Source: Nemertoderma westbladi (lineage: Eukaryota > Animalia > Xenacoelomorpha). From it: a stretch of DNA of 64,000 bases. The DNA lies in contig JAUCBJ010006397.1 in the NCBI GenBank assembly GCA_032718475.1, forward strand, positions 1-64,000. Reading direction: 5' to 3'. The translations under genes and the position numbers were made by a program. Positions 34,782 through 49,709 of the stretch are shown here, one piece after another; the first letter of the stretch is position 1; each line of letters starts with the position of its first letter. Below the pieces are notes generated by a model. It was given only the letters and a program-made list of their open reading frames with translations. It searched no databases and was not told the DNA's origin.

Positions 34782-35674
34782 CAATGCGTACTATATACAA
34801 GGCCATGCCATCGAGTTAACTGGGGGGTGGTGATTGGGGGCAAGATTTTTTTTACAACAATTTGATATTTTGATATGGGGAGAGTTCTATAAATTTTCAT
34901 TTGCTGCAGTTTGGTCATTGGACGTAATTGAAGCATCTTCGTTAAGTAAGATACAACATTTTATGGTAGCTAGTGTTTTACAGTAGATAGGTTTAGCTAG
35001 TAATTTTGACCCTGGTTCCGACATCCTACTTATTTCCTCTATAAATATTTTGTAGTAGCTAGTTCTTGTTACTATTTGTATAAAAAATGTTCCAGAAGAC
35101 GTTAGCTATTCATTTTTTAAAAAAATTATGTTCTAGAACAAATATTTTATGTTCTAGAATATTTTTTAGAAAAATATCTGTATTCTATTTGAAACGCATG
35201 GAATCGTTCTAAACGTGTTTAAAATCAATAAAAAAAATTTCAAAATTTTAAATTATTTTCACAATATTTTTTTTTTCACAATCGTTTTTTATTGATTTTA
35301 GACACGTTTTAGAACGATTCCGTGCGTTTTAAATAGAATCCAGATTTATTTATAAAAAATGTTCTAGAACAAAAAATATTTGTTCTAGAACATAATAATT
35401 TTTTTTAAAAATGAATAGCTAACATCTTCTGGAACATTTTCAATACAAATAGTAATAAGAACTAGCTACTTACCTAAAACACTAGCTACCATAAAATTTT
35501 GTATCTTACTTAACGAGGAGGCTTCAAGTACGTCCAGTGATCAAATTGCAGCAAATTAAAATTTATAGAACTCCTGCCATATCAAAATATCAAATTGTTG
35601 TAAAAGAAAATCTTGCCCCCAGTCAACCGCCCCCAGTTAACTCGATGGCATGGCCTTGTATATAGTACGCCTTG
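34782..35674. mobile_element. 893-bp foldback element with CAA(T/G)G termini and 8-bp TSD (P/Galileo-like MITE)
   Basis: Arms are mutually inverted over ~430 bp; ends CAATGCGTAC / GTACGCCTTG; TSD AATATAAC at 34774-81 and 35675-82. Confidence 0.85.
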
Positions 35675-36411
35675 AATATAACCCAAGGTTCAACCCCCGC
35701 TGACGTGCTTCCTCATTTCCTCATTTTTTCCATTTCTGAACAAAACCATTACATAACGTCTATGGCTATAAGGTTGGCAACTGAAAGGAACGGCCAGATT
35801 TCTCTGAATTCGTACATAATTATTAGTTGGGCGGACTTTGAGATTGAAACGTTTCACTGCAGTTGATAATGATAGCAACTGAGGATTGACTATGGGGTGT
35901 GGACGAGGCTGATAATGCTTTGCAAGATGTTATGGTAATGTGTTTGGTGAACCAGAGCGAGCTTTGGAAGGTGACACCGAGGTATTTATGAGTTAACTAC
36001 ATGAACGAGTTCGTTATTGTCAGTGAAAGAGTCGAGATGATTGGGGCAACCGCCCAGCGGCGAAATTTGATTATGGTTATTTATTTAGGTTCACTGTTAG
36101 GCCGTTAACCTTAGCCCACCGGACTTTTTTTAATACGAATTGAAACTCTAAATAAAAAATTCAGACTCCACCTGTCATCGATTTGGGTCGACCCAGTTGT
36201 GTTTCAAATTTCTAGCAATATGATAAAGGTTTGTAGAAAATAAGGGAGTAGTTATCATAAAATATAACGTATCATGGTGTATATATACAATTTAGTTGAA
36301 CATTATATAGATTGAGTTTGAAGATGCAAATGAGTCATCAAATTATAAGTTTATTTAAAATGATGATAATCGATCCACCAAGTAAAGCAATGTGTTTTTT
36401 GCTCAATTCAG

Positions 36412-36558
36412 GAAGGTCGACAGCTGATAGGCGAGTCAGAAAAGTTGAAAGCTCTTTGTAAGAAACTCATGAAAGATACTGAAGAACAACAAAGAGACGC
36501 ACACGTTAAAGTGAATGACGGGGTCACTTGTAAACTGGCAGAAACGGTTACATTAATG
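36412..36558 (+). CDS. CCDC105: CCDC105/TEKTL1 exon 5
   Basis: TTCAG acceptor; 49 codons (AHVKVNDGVTCKLAETVTLM); GTAAG donor. Confidence 0.78.
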
Positions 36559-36789
36559 GTAAGTTAAATAAATTTGAATAAATATTAAATAAATACTAAT
36601 GCAAAAAATAATACTGTAGTTTCAGTTTGGATTTAATTACAAAATACTGTTTTACTGCGTTATGCCTATTCCATGGCTCTACGGTTTGTGAAACTAATAG
36701 GTGGAATATTTTATGTTTTTCAGGTTAAAATCACAAATTTTTCCACATAGAATACCAGATACTGTAATTGGATTTGCCTTTAATTATAG

Positions 36790-36999
36790 CAACATTTGCA
36801 AATCAACGAAGGGGAAAACCGGGCTGCGTTTAATAAAACGCTGCGATATTACGACGAAACCGATCGAGCGAGAGGAATAAACATCGGACCGGAGGCGTCG
36901 GGTGACTTAGAGACGAGGGAGAGATTGGATAGGCCGCTAATTAAAGTGTTCCAACGACATCCAGCCACGAGCATGCCAGAAGCAGGGGATCTAATTAAG
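36790..36999 (+). CDS. CCDC105: CCDC105/TEKTL1 exon 6
   Basis: [13 protein letters not shown]...[33 protein letters not shown]; AG/GT, phase 0. Confidence 0.8.
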
Positions 37000-37134
37000 G
37001 TTAGTTGTAGGGTTGCAACTCTTATTGGCTTCACTTACTGTATTGCAACTCTAAAAAAATGTTATTGAATATTTTGTAACGCAAGGGTTTATTCGTTTGG
37101 ATTTATTTTACAGAGGCTGAGCGACCCTCACATG

Positions 37135-37375
37135 GTACCTCACACCTCAGATGTGGCACACACCCTAGACGCGCCACACATCCTAGACGCGCCACCTTCC
37201 ATAAACGCGTCACACACCTTAGACACACCACACACCCTAGACGCGCCACACATCCTAACGCACCACCTACCCGAGACGTGCCACTGCCACACAACTTAGA
37301 CGCGCCAACTTCCATAAACGCGCCACCCACACTAGACCACCACACACCTTAGACACACCACACACCCTAGACGCT
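37135..37375. repeat. Degenerate ~18-bp tandem repeat (CACACACCCTAGACGCGC)
   Basis: Read directly, in CCDC105 intron 6. Confidence 0.8.
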
Positions 37376-38133
37376 TTACAAGCAAACGAAAGAGTTTATG
37401 GAGTTACCATGACTACACGATGAATACAGTATAAATTTAACAACGGTTGGCATCCCAAATCATCATAGGAATCAACACCCAATGAATCGATAACTACAAG
37501 GATATCGATGAGTTCCTAATCTCGGTTTGGATGTCGCTGTTTGACTGTAGAGCTAATTGGCGAGGTTTAGGTAGAACTAAACGTTCCGGGGGAAGGGGGG
37601 TGGAGGCTCTTCAGTGGATCCAGGGCCGCCGCTCAGAACCTTACTGAAGGCCAGTTACTTTAATTAAATCGATAGCGGTCGCATTATAACAGCACGAGAC
37701 ATTTGGGTTGGCACACACTTAAAATTGCTAATGGGCACTGTGGGAGGGTAGCCAGGGAGTTATTGTGGAAACGAAAATTGTTGTTGGTGTGGGTTGAATC
37801 GCGGCCGATCTGAAAGGTTCTGTACCTCCTGGGCCGCACCCGTTAATCGGTCGCGTAATCTTCGGGATAAATGAATTATTGGATTATTCCTGGAACAACC
37901 ACCGCAGTTCTACATAAACGGAAATTGATTTTTCCTCCATTTAATTAATATTGATTCTATAATTACATTGTAGTTTAACTTGGGGGTTGAATTGAGCGAA
38001 CAAAGATCGTTTAGTTTACAATTAAATTGGTTTTGGGAAGAAATTTCTAACAAAATTTAACTTTTGACTTGGAACTTTTTCCTCTGGAGCAATGTTTCTC
38101 TCCGTTTTATTTACATTCCTTTGTTTGATACAG

Positions 38134-38316
38134 ACGGACGATGCTTTGCACTTCGCTTTGAACCACGCGAACAGGAACCTCGCCAATCTCCACAAAGAGA
38201 ATCTATTTATGAGAGACGATGAAAGAGACAAGCGCAAGGCGGCCTCCGTCGACTCCAGTATCATCCGATTGCGTCGCAGGCGGGCCAATCACAGGTGGAT
38301 ATACGGAGAAGTTTAG
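38134..38316 (+). CDS. CCDC105: CCDC105/TEKTL1 last exon
   Basis: ACAG acceptor; DERDKRKAASVDSSIIRLRRRRANHRW (tektin-like C-terminus); TAG stop. Confidence 0.78.
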   Translation, partial: TDDALHFALNHANRNLANLHKENLFMRDDERDKRKAASVDSSIIRLRRRRANHRWIYGEV

Positions 38317-39847
38317 CCAATCAGAGATCGATATACGAAGAGGTGTAACTCTATTGGATAATAGTGGCGACCACAACTATAATTCCATATATTAAGGTCC
38401 CTGTATCTTATCATTAGTTATTATTTATGAGTATATGGTGATATTAAAAAACTTAATGAATAGTATTAAACGTTTATGTTAATCATCGTGCTAACTCTTT
38501 TTTTTTCTTATATCAATATTTATCGTTATTTGGTAAAATAGTCAAATAAATTAATGAATGTTCAGGATGGATGGAATATGGGACCACAACGACAACCTAG
38601 AACGACAAGCGTTTTTACGAACAAAATTGAAACCTTAGCCGGAGAAACTTTTTTCAAACGCTTGTAGCTAAAGAATGAAAGCGAAAATAAAAATTCTGGC
38701 TTACCCAGTAGGAGGAGGTAGGTGAAACTAATTAGGTTTCAAAATTCATGGAATCTCATTAAGATTTGTAGAAAAATTGGGGGGGGGGGGGGGGGGGGGG
38801 GGGGTCCATGTCACTGAATTACGACATTATATTCCAGGACATGGTGTACGCCTGTAAGTATACAGGCTCAGCAAATAGTAGCAGGAAATTAATGATTGTT
38901 TTTTTAATATAAATCCAATAGTTTTGTTGGTAAGCCTATAAGAACCTTCAATTATTTTGTTAATCTTGAGTTGGTGTAGAAACATAGTAGAAATGAATGG
39001 GGAACCCACGGGTTAAGTGAAGTTATCAAGGTGCATTTAGTGGATATGAAATTGCACCAAAATGTAAGTGAATGTACTGCACACCGTTGTGCATCACTAC
39101 TCAATGACATTCACTCAGTGCATCAATCACCATTAATTAACGTGTTGTTAAGAAATTGACACATTCCTCCTGGTAAATACATTAGGGGGATTCAGTCATT
39201 CAGACAAGGCTTTATCTATGATTAATAATATACAGACAGGGTGTTCCACAAAAACAGGTGTGCGGGGTTGACTCTTAACGCTATCGAAATGGAAGCAGCT
39301 ACAATGGAAAATCGACGCAAATAACAGCTGATTATACCCTATTGGGTTGTGTTACTGTGCTAATTGTGCTATTGTGATAATGGTTTTGGTTAGAATAACA
39401 TGTCGTTGTAACCTGCTCCTTTCCCTTAATTTATAATTATATTTGTACATTATCCGGTATGGGATTTGAATCAATACACCCCCCCCCCCCCCCCGCCCTC
39501 CATATCTCTCCTCAAAATGCGATGTTTGTATCGGTCGTCCACGAGAACGCCTTCCATGTGTTGGTTGCCAGACAAGTAGATCTGATAAGACTTCGTCATT
39601 ACTTCTCCAGCAGTTCCCACGGAATCATAATCAGCGTTCACGTGCTGTACAGTATGTTGTACCATAAAGCTCGGTGTTTACAATCTCCAGCTGATGTTTT
39701 TAGGGCTACCCTTAGTAATCTTGTGTAACAATTAATTCGTTGTTCAAGTAATTTCGTGTCCAGCGTCCAGGTCTCACCACAGTACACCATATCCTGGCAT
39801 AAAGTGTGGTTATTCTGGTACATGTAGTACACATCCAAATATGTAAC

Positions 39848-40498
39848 CAATAGAAAGCTTGCGTTGCAAGGATTCCAAATATGTAACAATATCTGAATTT
39901 CGTTGAGAAACAGCTGAGAAATAGGCATTCAAAGATTGCAAGAATTATTGTTCACTGCAGGCCATTTATTCTACTTAATAAATACACAATATTCTGGAAC
40001 GTGTTATTTATTTTATGAGTTGGCTAGGCAACAGCGGTATGCCTATACAATATCTATATTGCCTAGCTAATCATACATAAACAAATTGTTCCAGAATATT
40101 GTGTATTTATTAAATAGAATAAATGGCCTGCAGTGAACAATAATTCTTGCAATCTTTGAATGCCTATTTCTCAGCTGTTTCTCAACGAAATTCAGACATT
40201 GTTACATATTTGGAATCCTTGCAACGCAAGCTTTCTATTGATGTGAAAAAATTACGACTAAAGTGAAGAATGGCAATGATACAGAGGGTGCGATTTCGCA
40301 AAAGACACTTTTTTAAAACGCTTATAAATAAAATTTAAAGGCGAAATCGAAAATTCCGGCTTCATGGTAACAACCACGGTGAGTTGAACTAGTTGTGTTT
40401 CAAATTTCAAGCAATATGATAAAGATTTGTAGAAAAATTTGGGGGGGGGGGGGGTCCGTGTCATCAGAAAATGACACTATATTACGGGTCATGGTGTA
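39848..40498. mobile_element. Family A element with an internal 153-bp-arm hairpin
   Basis: 39848-40000 is the near-perfect reverse complement of 40088-40240; right terminus ...GGGTCATGGTG|TA. Confidence 0.85.
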
Positions 40499-43060
40499 TA
40501 TATGTAAGGAAAGTAGGCCCATGCTAGGCCCACGGTAGGCCCTACAAAATACACGAATTTGTAGATGAAGACATACTGTGTTCTAGCAGGACCATTTGGA
40601 TTAGTTAAAACGATATATTTTTAATGTGGTCATAAAGAAATTAATGACATTCCGGTTTCATTAATTACATATTACCATTAGCACGTTGACGGCCTCGTCA
40701 TCAGGAACGGAAACGCCCAAACCGCAAACAGCGGCGACTATGTAATAAAGAGCGTTATTGTTATATTTGCATTACGAACCGTCACTGGAAACACATTGAA
40801 AATAAATGTTTAATATATAGCATGAACTACTTTGAGATATAAAATACCTGTATAACAAATTATCCCAATAAGTAAAGACAGATGTGTAGCTACTTACATT
40901 CACTACTGTACCAAAGTGTAAAAGCTTCCCACGCCGCCTAAAGTAACAAAGGTGAACACAGGGAGTTCAAAAATCCCATTCACACCCAACATGGGGCCCC
41001 TGTTGAACCACTTTAAGATAATTACAATTTCTCTATACCCCCAAAAGCGCAGTCACCATTTTGATTTAAATTAAGCTTAATTTATTGGATGTGTTTGATG
41101 AAGCCTACTGTATATTCTAGCAACGCATGGCCACTCATTGTAGTTCTGTGAAAATGTTCAGCCTTCCAAGTATTTCCTCGAAGTAGTGCCCTTGATAAAT
41201 AAATTAATTGGGTTGACGTTTAATTAAATCCAACAGGGAATGCCGAATTATAATCCTCCATCTATACAATGAATAGCATGCAGCATTGTAATAGACCCTT
41301 TGTTAAAGTACAGTAACTATAATAAAGTATTAAGGTAAGTTGCCAAATAATTAATTGTATTCGGGAACCTAATAAGCTAAGAGTATGCATGAAAAAATTA
41401 GAAATTAACAAAATTCTTAGAAATTAACCGTTGTTCTTTAAAAATAGTCTGATTCTATCTGTGGTTGCAACGGTATTAGTATTTAGGTGGTCATATAAAT
41501 CCGTCACACCGGTCGAAATTAAATCTGCAATCTGCATAGCATTGATAGACCCCGGCAGCCCCCACGGCACGGGGGTAGTACAGTTCATATGAATTATAAA
41601 CAGCACAAAGGTAAAGAATATAAGTACAGTCAGGTAAATAAATACTCACCTAGGTAAATATACAGTAGAGAGGCAATAATAGGCCTACACAAGCAAAAAT
41701 ACACATACAAGTTATAATTAACAAATAAGTTTTTTTTCCTCATTTAAGTCTCATTTATTTACATAGATAGTAAAAAATTTTACAAAATTCAGATAATGTT
41801 AAACAATACATACCCATCGCCAGCTCACGTTACTAAGCAACAAATTTAAGAGGGAAAATTAAAAACTATTATTACCAAATAAGTAGGCCCATTGATATTC
41901 CAAGTATAATATTATTGGTTCATAAGATCCCATACAGGTTTAATCAGTTAACAGCGATGTAATTCAGTACCTGAGTGACTTCAAGTTCAAGTAGAGGGAA
42001 GTTCTAAACATTATATAAGTTTATACGACAGCCAATAATATGCTCCTTAGAAAATTGAGCTTTCGCCTACAATTAACAGGACACAGGGCGTGACATTGCC
42101 TAAAATGTGTGACTTATTAAGGGGGGGGGGGGGGGGGGGGGGGGTAGTCGAATTTAAATAAAATTTTGAAAGGCGTTCTTATCTGATTCAGTATTTTACG
42201 CTGATTCCAAATCTGCAAACAGTTTTACCATATTATCTTGTTTGTTTTAGAGATGTATTTATATATAATATGGAGAAGGTTAGTATTTGATTTCAATTTC
42301 TGTAATTTTTTAGGCTCATTAGTGCCTAATTGTCAATGATAAAACTGCGACTCGATCATAAATAGCGAGTTGTTTGATTTTACCCCACACATGACAGTGT
42401 GCGGCTTTCTTGCAGCAATAGCTGCAAGCCATTGAGGTCTTAGCAAAAAATGTCTAATTATTATACTATGGCTAGTTATACTGTATATTGGCTTCCAAGA
42501 AGATAATTAATGAGTTTTGTTCATATGGTTATAATTCTTTGGGGAGGAACATGCCTAGATATTAATTACTCGATATTATATTTTAGACTATGCGTACATT
42601 TAGATTATACTAAATCGGTAGATGACTAGAATAAGGTAAAAAGGGCTTCGTGAAACTTACACCTGTGTTCATTTTTATACATTTTTGGATTGGAGCGCCT
42701 CAAATTTAGTACCTTTACCAACTATTAGCATTCTACTACTGTACTAGCTGTAGACTCGAACATATGACATAATTTAGTTGTTCGCTAAAGAAAGGAAGCA
42801 CAATAATTCGCTCACACTAAATCGCATTGTACCGGAAAATATTATTTAATCGAGATAAGCGATTCTTAAAGTTTAACAACCTCATCTTTGGTCGTACAGA
42901 TCGCTAATTCAGGGCTCATTTTAAAGGGAATTAAAAAAAAAATGCTCGTTATGTTATTTATGGGCGTTTAATTGAGGTCCATAAACAAGTCTACAGGGTT
43001 AATGAAGGCAAGGAAGGGTCTTTCACCACGTGGATATAAGAACACGAAAATTAATTATTT

Positions 43061-43103
43061 ACGGTATGGCCATTTCCCCCTCGCGGGAGTCTTCCGCGGT
43101 ATA
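43061..43103 (-). ncRNA. Degenerate minimal hammerhead-like motif in a second Penelope-like remnant (43010-43180)
   Basis: accg-CGGAAGA-CTCC cgcga GGGG-GAAA-TGGCCA-TA-ccgt; followed by GGTGAAAGACCCT, similar to 11870-11882. Confidence 0.45.
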
Positions 43104-43659
43104 ATCAAAATCAAATAAAACAGTTTAAAGTCATTAACCCTGTAATTATGAACACGCCACGAAAAACGCCGTTCCGGTTAATCCAACACCTAAGATAAAT
43201 AAGTCTTACATTTCTGCTCCTTGTTTTTTTTTATGTCACTTCATTTCACTATTAAATAAAAGTAAAGTTGATGTGAACGTGGTACACGAGACATCGGAGG
43301 CAACTCTAATGATCCTCTCTCTTGCCTGTTACCTGTAAGGCAGGAAGGGTGCCGTACTAACGTCCCACGCTCGAATACACTGACTATACAACCATAGTAT
43401 TTACTTAGAGAAAACAGTGGTGTAAACGCTACGCCGACAATCAACAACCAAACCCGACAACCATTATTGAGGCTAATTAATGTTATAATAATAAATTGAG
43501 GGAAAGGAACAGGTTACAGTGGAATGTTATTCAAGTCAAAACAATAATAAAGAGTCATGGAACCAGGTCAGAGTTTCATCTTTGCCGTTGTCACTCAGCA
43601 GTGTAGTTGTTGGCGTAGCGTTTGCATCTAGTTAACAGCTTAAAGAAAACTGGGCTGTA

Positions 43660-43730
43660 CCTTTTCTAGGGCTCGAACTCATGACCTTCCGGTTGGAAGA
43701 GCAACTATCTAAACACTCAGTCAGCCGCTG
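43660..43730 (-). mobile_element. Degenerate tRNA-derived SINE head
   Basis: Degenerate A box, CTTCCAA loop, GAAGGTCATGAGTTCGAGCC B box. Confidence 0.45.
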
Positions 43731-46662
43731 AGAAAATTTAATCGAAATCGTTAGAGCGGTTTTGGCTGGAGAACAGCCTGTCAGCCAAGAGCAACTCTCA
43801 CAGTAAGTAACCTCTCGGTTAATAATAATATCAGTCTGACACTAAATTTCAATTTCTGGACGAATTACACCACAATATTATGTTTACATAAATGATAAAC
43901 CCATTATCACCCAAGCTACGAAGCGAAGCTACGGAGCTAAAAAAAATTACAAACAAAATGGCATATAATGATTCCATTACAACTGGTAGAGGAATGCTGT
44001 ATTCTCAATTCATGAATGATGACGCACATTCAATTTCTGCCAGATGTAGAAGTTAATCTGTATTGTTGGCAGGGCTGCCTTATATTAGTTTGCGTTGTCT
44101 TACATTATTTCATTGTATTAAACTTAACCTTATCCCCCGGACTATCTTATTGTATATTATAACTAAACTTCACATTCGTGTGCAGACAGTCGGCTTATAC
44201 ACTAGGGCCAAAATAAAAGGCTCGGCCTTGGGATTAACTCCGCCACAGTCCAAAACTCCAGGAATGTTGATAGATTGTTTGTTAGACTTTGTGGGAACGG
44301 GTATTCCATACCCTAAGTTAACTCGCGCTCTAGTAGACTACGTATAAGTATACCGATAGAGTTGGGGGTCCTTAAATTCCATTGTTTATCACCTTGGAAT
44401 ATTGTCAACATAACAATAAAAGGGACCAATGGTATGTCCAACCGGGACACCCCCCCCCCCCCCCCCCCACTCATGTGTGCTATGGACTTCCAACTATTTA
44501 ACGCAAGTTATAGAAATAAATTTGGCAGATTATTTGATTCAATATACTTCTTTAATTAGCTAATGTATGAGATAAATTAAGATTAGCAATCACAGAGGGG
44601 CTAAATAAATACACACAGGAGTAATTAGGTACCATATCATATCCGATTAAATAAAACCTATAAACTAAGCATCAGATGTATTGAAAAGGTTTCGAAAGTA
44701 GCTCAAAGGGAAAATCTGTGTTTATAATAGAACCATCAGATCCACCCATGGCACGGATGTTTGTTCCGACAAAAACAGCAACACTACACACAATATTATT
44801 ATGATTTATATCGCAGCACTAATTGGTTGGACTACAACTAAACATTAGGTCCAGTCAGTCCATGGATGGATTCGGGGTTTAATACAACCACGTATTATAG
44901 AGAATAGGTTATACCAGCCAAACAAATAATGTTACTAAGTGAGACTAAACGTAAACAAACAAATATATGACAAAATTACGAATGAGTGCTTTAAACGAAT
45001 CAAATCTACCTAAATTGGACAAAATCATAATAATAATAGTACAAAGGGGGTATACTTTATGTAAATAAGACGTTAATATTTACACACCTTTGCAATTTAA
45101 AAAAATATCCTACAGTGCAATTGGGAACATTTAAAATAACAACACCACAACGTTGGCCGAAAAACCGTTGGCCGAAAAAACACCTTCACAAAAACAAGAA
45201 ACAAATGAAAACCACCACAGCGTAAATACACCAGAACCGAGGTGCAATCTCGGGAGGCGAGTAAACAATAACACATCAACAACGAACGAGTTAGGAGTAG
45301 TTGGGTGTAGCATCAGTTACACATTACCTGTAAAAAAAAACTCGGTCCATTTAGGTACCCCAAACACATCAAAATTACTGATAAATTAAACTCAAATAAA
45401 TAAAAACAAGTCGCTTATATAAATATATCCAAGTTATTCTTATTATATAAAACCTACAATCAAATTTGTTGATTTGCAATGGGTTTATTGATCATATTAT
45501 TAGTTATCATATCATACTAACTAACTAACTAACTGCATTTAATTTTTACAGTTAAAAAATATCAAAGGCGACACAATGCTGTAACACCAACGATGGGCGT
45601 TAATATTGGCAAAACATTGTCAGTCAAATTATATCAACTTTGTACTATGAGATGTCTTGGGTTGGGAATGTTTGATACTAACATTAAATTACATTATAAA
45701 TTAACAGGATTCCTTTAAGTGGGGCATCTAATTATTCATCCCCAATGTGTAACACAATTTCAACCTACAGTGTACGATTGGCCCAAAATATACCAACATT
45801 GTTATACCACATGAGGCACCAACAGACAATGAACTGATATACCGGTATGTTTTTTATGCAATTATAAGTAACCGTCAAAGCGTGAATTAAATATTTAGTT
45901 AAATTTTAAATTGCCCGCTTTAAAAATAAAGGTTTAACTTCAAGGTTTAACATTTTTTATAAAGTTTTTTTTGCAGTTTTCTGTTTTTTTTTCTCATAGA
46001 TATAAACCAGACACCAAAGTCCGAAACTTACGTTACTAAATGTCCTGGAGGCACTAGGCGGCGCATTCATCGTCACCAAGCAACACTAACAGTACAAACA
46101 ATTGTTGAGAACATCTCAGTTATGACGTAAGTAGTTAACGTATTAACGATATTAGCAGTGTTCTTCAAATATATTCCAACATAATAATGATATACACAAA
46201 CACACTATTATAATCTATAATGCTTCATATATAATATATATAAATAATATCAAAGAAATACAACCCAATTTACCATATGTAATAGGGTATATATATTCCT
46301 ATTGTATATTGAGAAATACATTTCAACATTTGCATTGTAAAAAAATTATAAATTGTGGGAAGCATTAAATATAATATATATATATATATTTATGTTAGCA
46401 ACCAACTGTGATGAGACGGACAGATAGACAGACAGAAAGCCGGACAAACTAGACATAGAGCCCCAATGGATTCGTATGTGAGACCGCACTAAAACCAAAA
46501 CACTAAATCTCACAAAATGGAAATATGGAATGTTACAATTCCAATTCCTGAATCGAATATATGGAAAGTTCGTCGAGATGGCACAACTGAATATCAACCT
46601 ATTTCCTATACTAGTACGGCTGGCCTGTTGCGTAGCAACGTAGGTACAATAAACGGACATCA

Positions 46663-48552
<1,890 letters not shown>

Positions 48553-49695
48553 TTATACAATTAAATTATTTAAACATCTAACTATTAATCTACGAAAAAT
48601 ACAATCCAGACTAAAAACTACATAACCAATGGGGGGCAAATGCTCTTGTTCTGGATTGCAGATCATAAATATAAATATGTTTTTCCTTTTCTTATTATCC
48701 TTATTGTTGTGCATTACCCTTTCATGCAGAGATACAGTATGCGTTTTGGTGTGTAATTTTGAATACCGGTATTCCAATGTTGTTAATATTTAATTAATAA
48801 ATTAATTGTATGCAATTTAACTATTAAGTTATATACGTTACATACTTGTGTCTTGTGTGTAAAGTAGCACATTACAGTGTGAAGATCCGAGTGGCTTTGT
48901 TACACGAACGAACGTTAGTGAGAAAGTTTACGTTCAACAATGGATGTACTATTAGCCAGGGACAGGATACGATACGAAAATGGATTTATCGCAAAAATTT
49001 ATACGTATTGAATTTCGTATCGTACCATAAAAATTAACTTCGTATCGTATAATACGAATAAATATTTTTCGTATTTCGTATCGTATTTTCGTATTTATTA
49101 TTTTGTAAATATTAATGTTTTCAACAGTCAAACCACATAATTTTTACATTTTTTTCCTCTAAATTGGGGCAAAATTAGGATGTATAGTATATAAACTATA
49201 TATTTTGAATGGGAATTAAACTAATAATAATCATTTGATGCCAGCTGGACAACAGTGGGATTATTGATGAGAATCATAGCATTATATACCTGCTGAAGTC
49301 ACCGAATCATGTATACACTACCTATGGATGGTTTAGTGAAAAATGCAAGATATCTGCCGGACTATACCTGTGCAGTCTAAATATGGTACGGTATTTTGAA
49401 TTTGATATGTCACTAATGGTTTTCATTGGCATAATAGGCATTTGCGTTGCTAACAATAATATATAAAAGGTGCATGGAATACATTTTAATATAGTAACAC
49501 TCCAACCCCCTCCGCCCACTTTAAAACCCCTTGGGCCTTCTTGCGTCATGTAGGCTACATTAAATACCTCCACGCCGGTTGGCAGTCAGTACCCAACCCA
49601 CCCATCTATGTAATTGGGTAATTCAAAAATTGTTGGCAATAACGAATTATTTAATTATTGATTATAAATATATTGCTAAGTCTATAAAGCTCGGG

Positions 49696-49709
49696 GTTGC
49701 TAGGGCAAC
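49696..49709. promoter_or_regulatory. X-box-like palindrome in the SERCA intron
   Basis: GTTGCTAGGGCAAC. Confidence 0.35.

Noticed and set aside
40685-40720. CTGATGA hammerhead candidates (also 12970, 37610)
   Set aside because: No properly placed stem II, GAAA and stem III.
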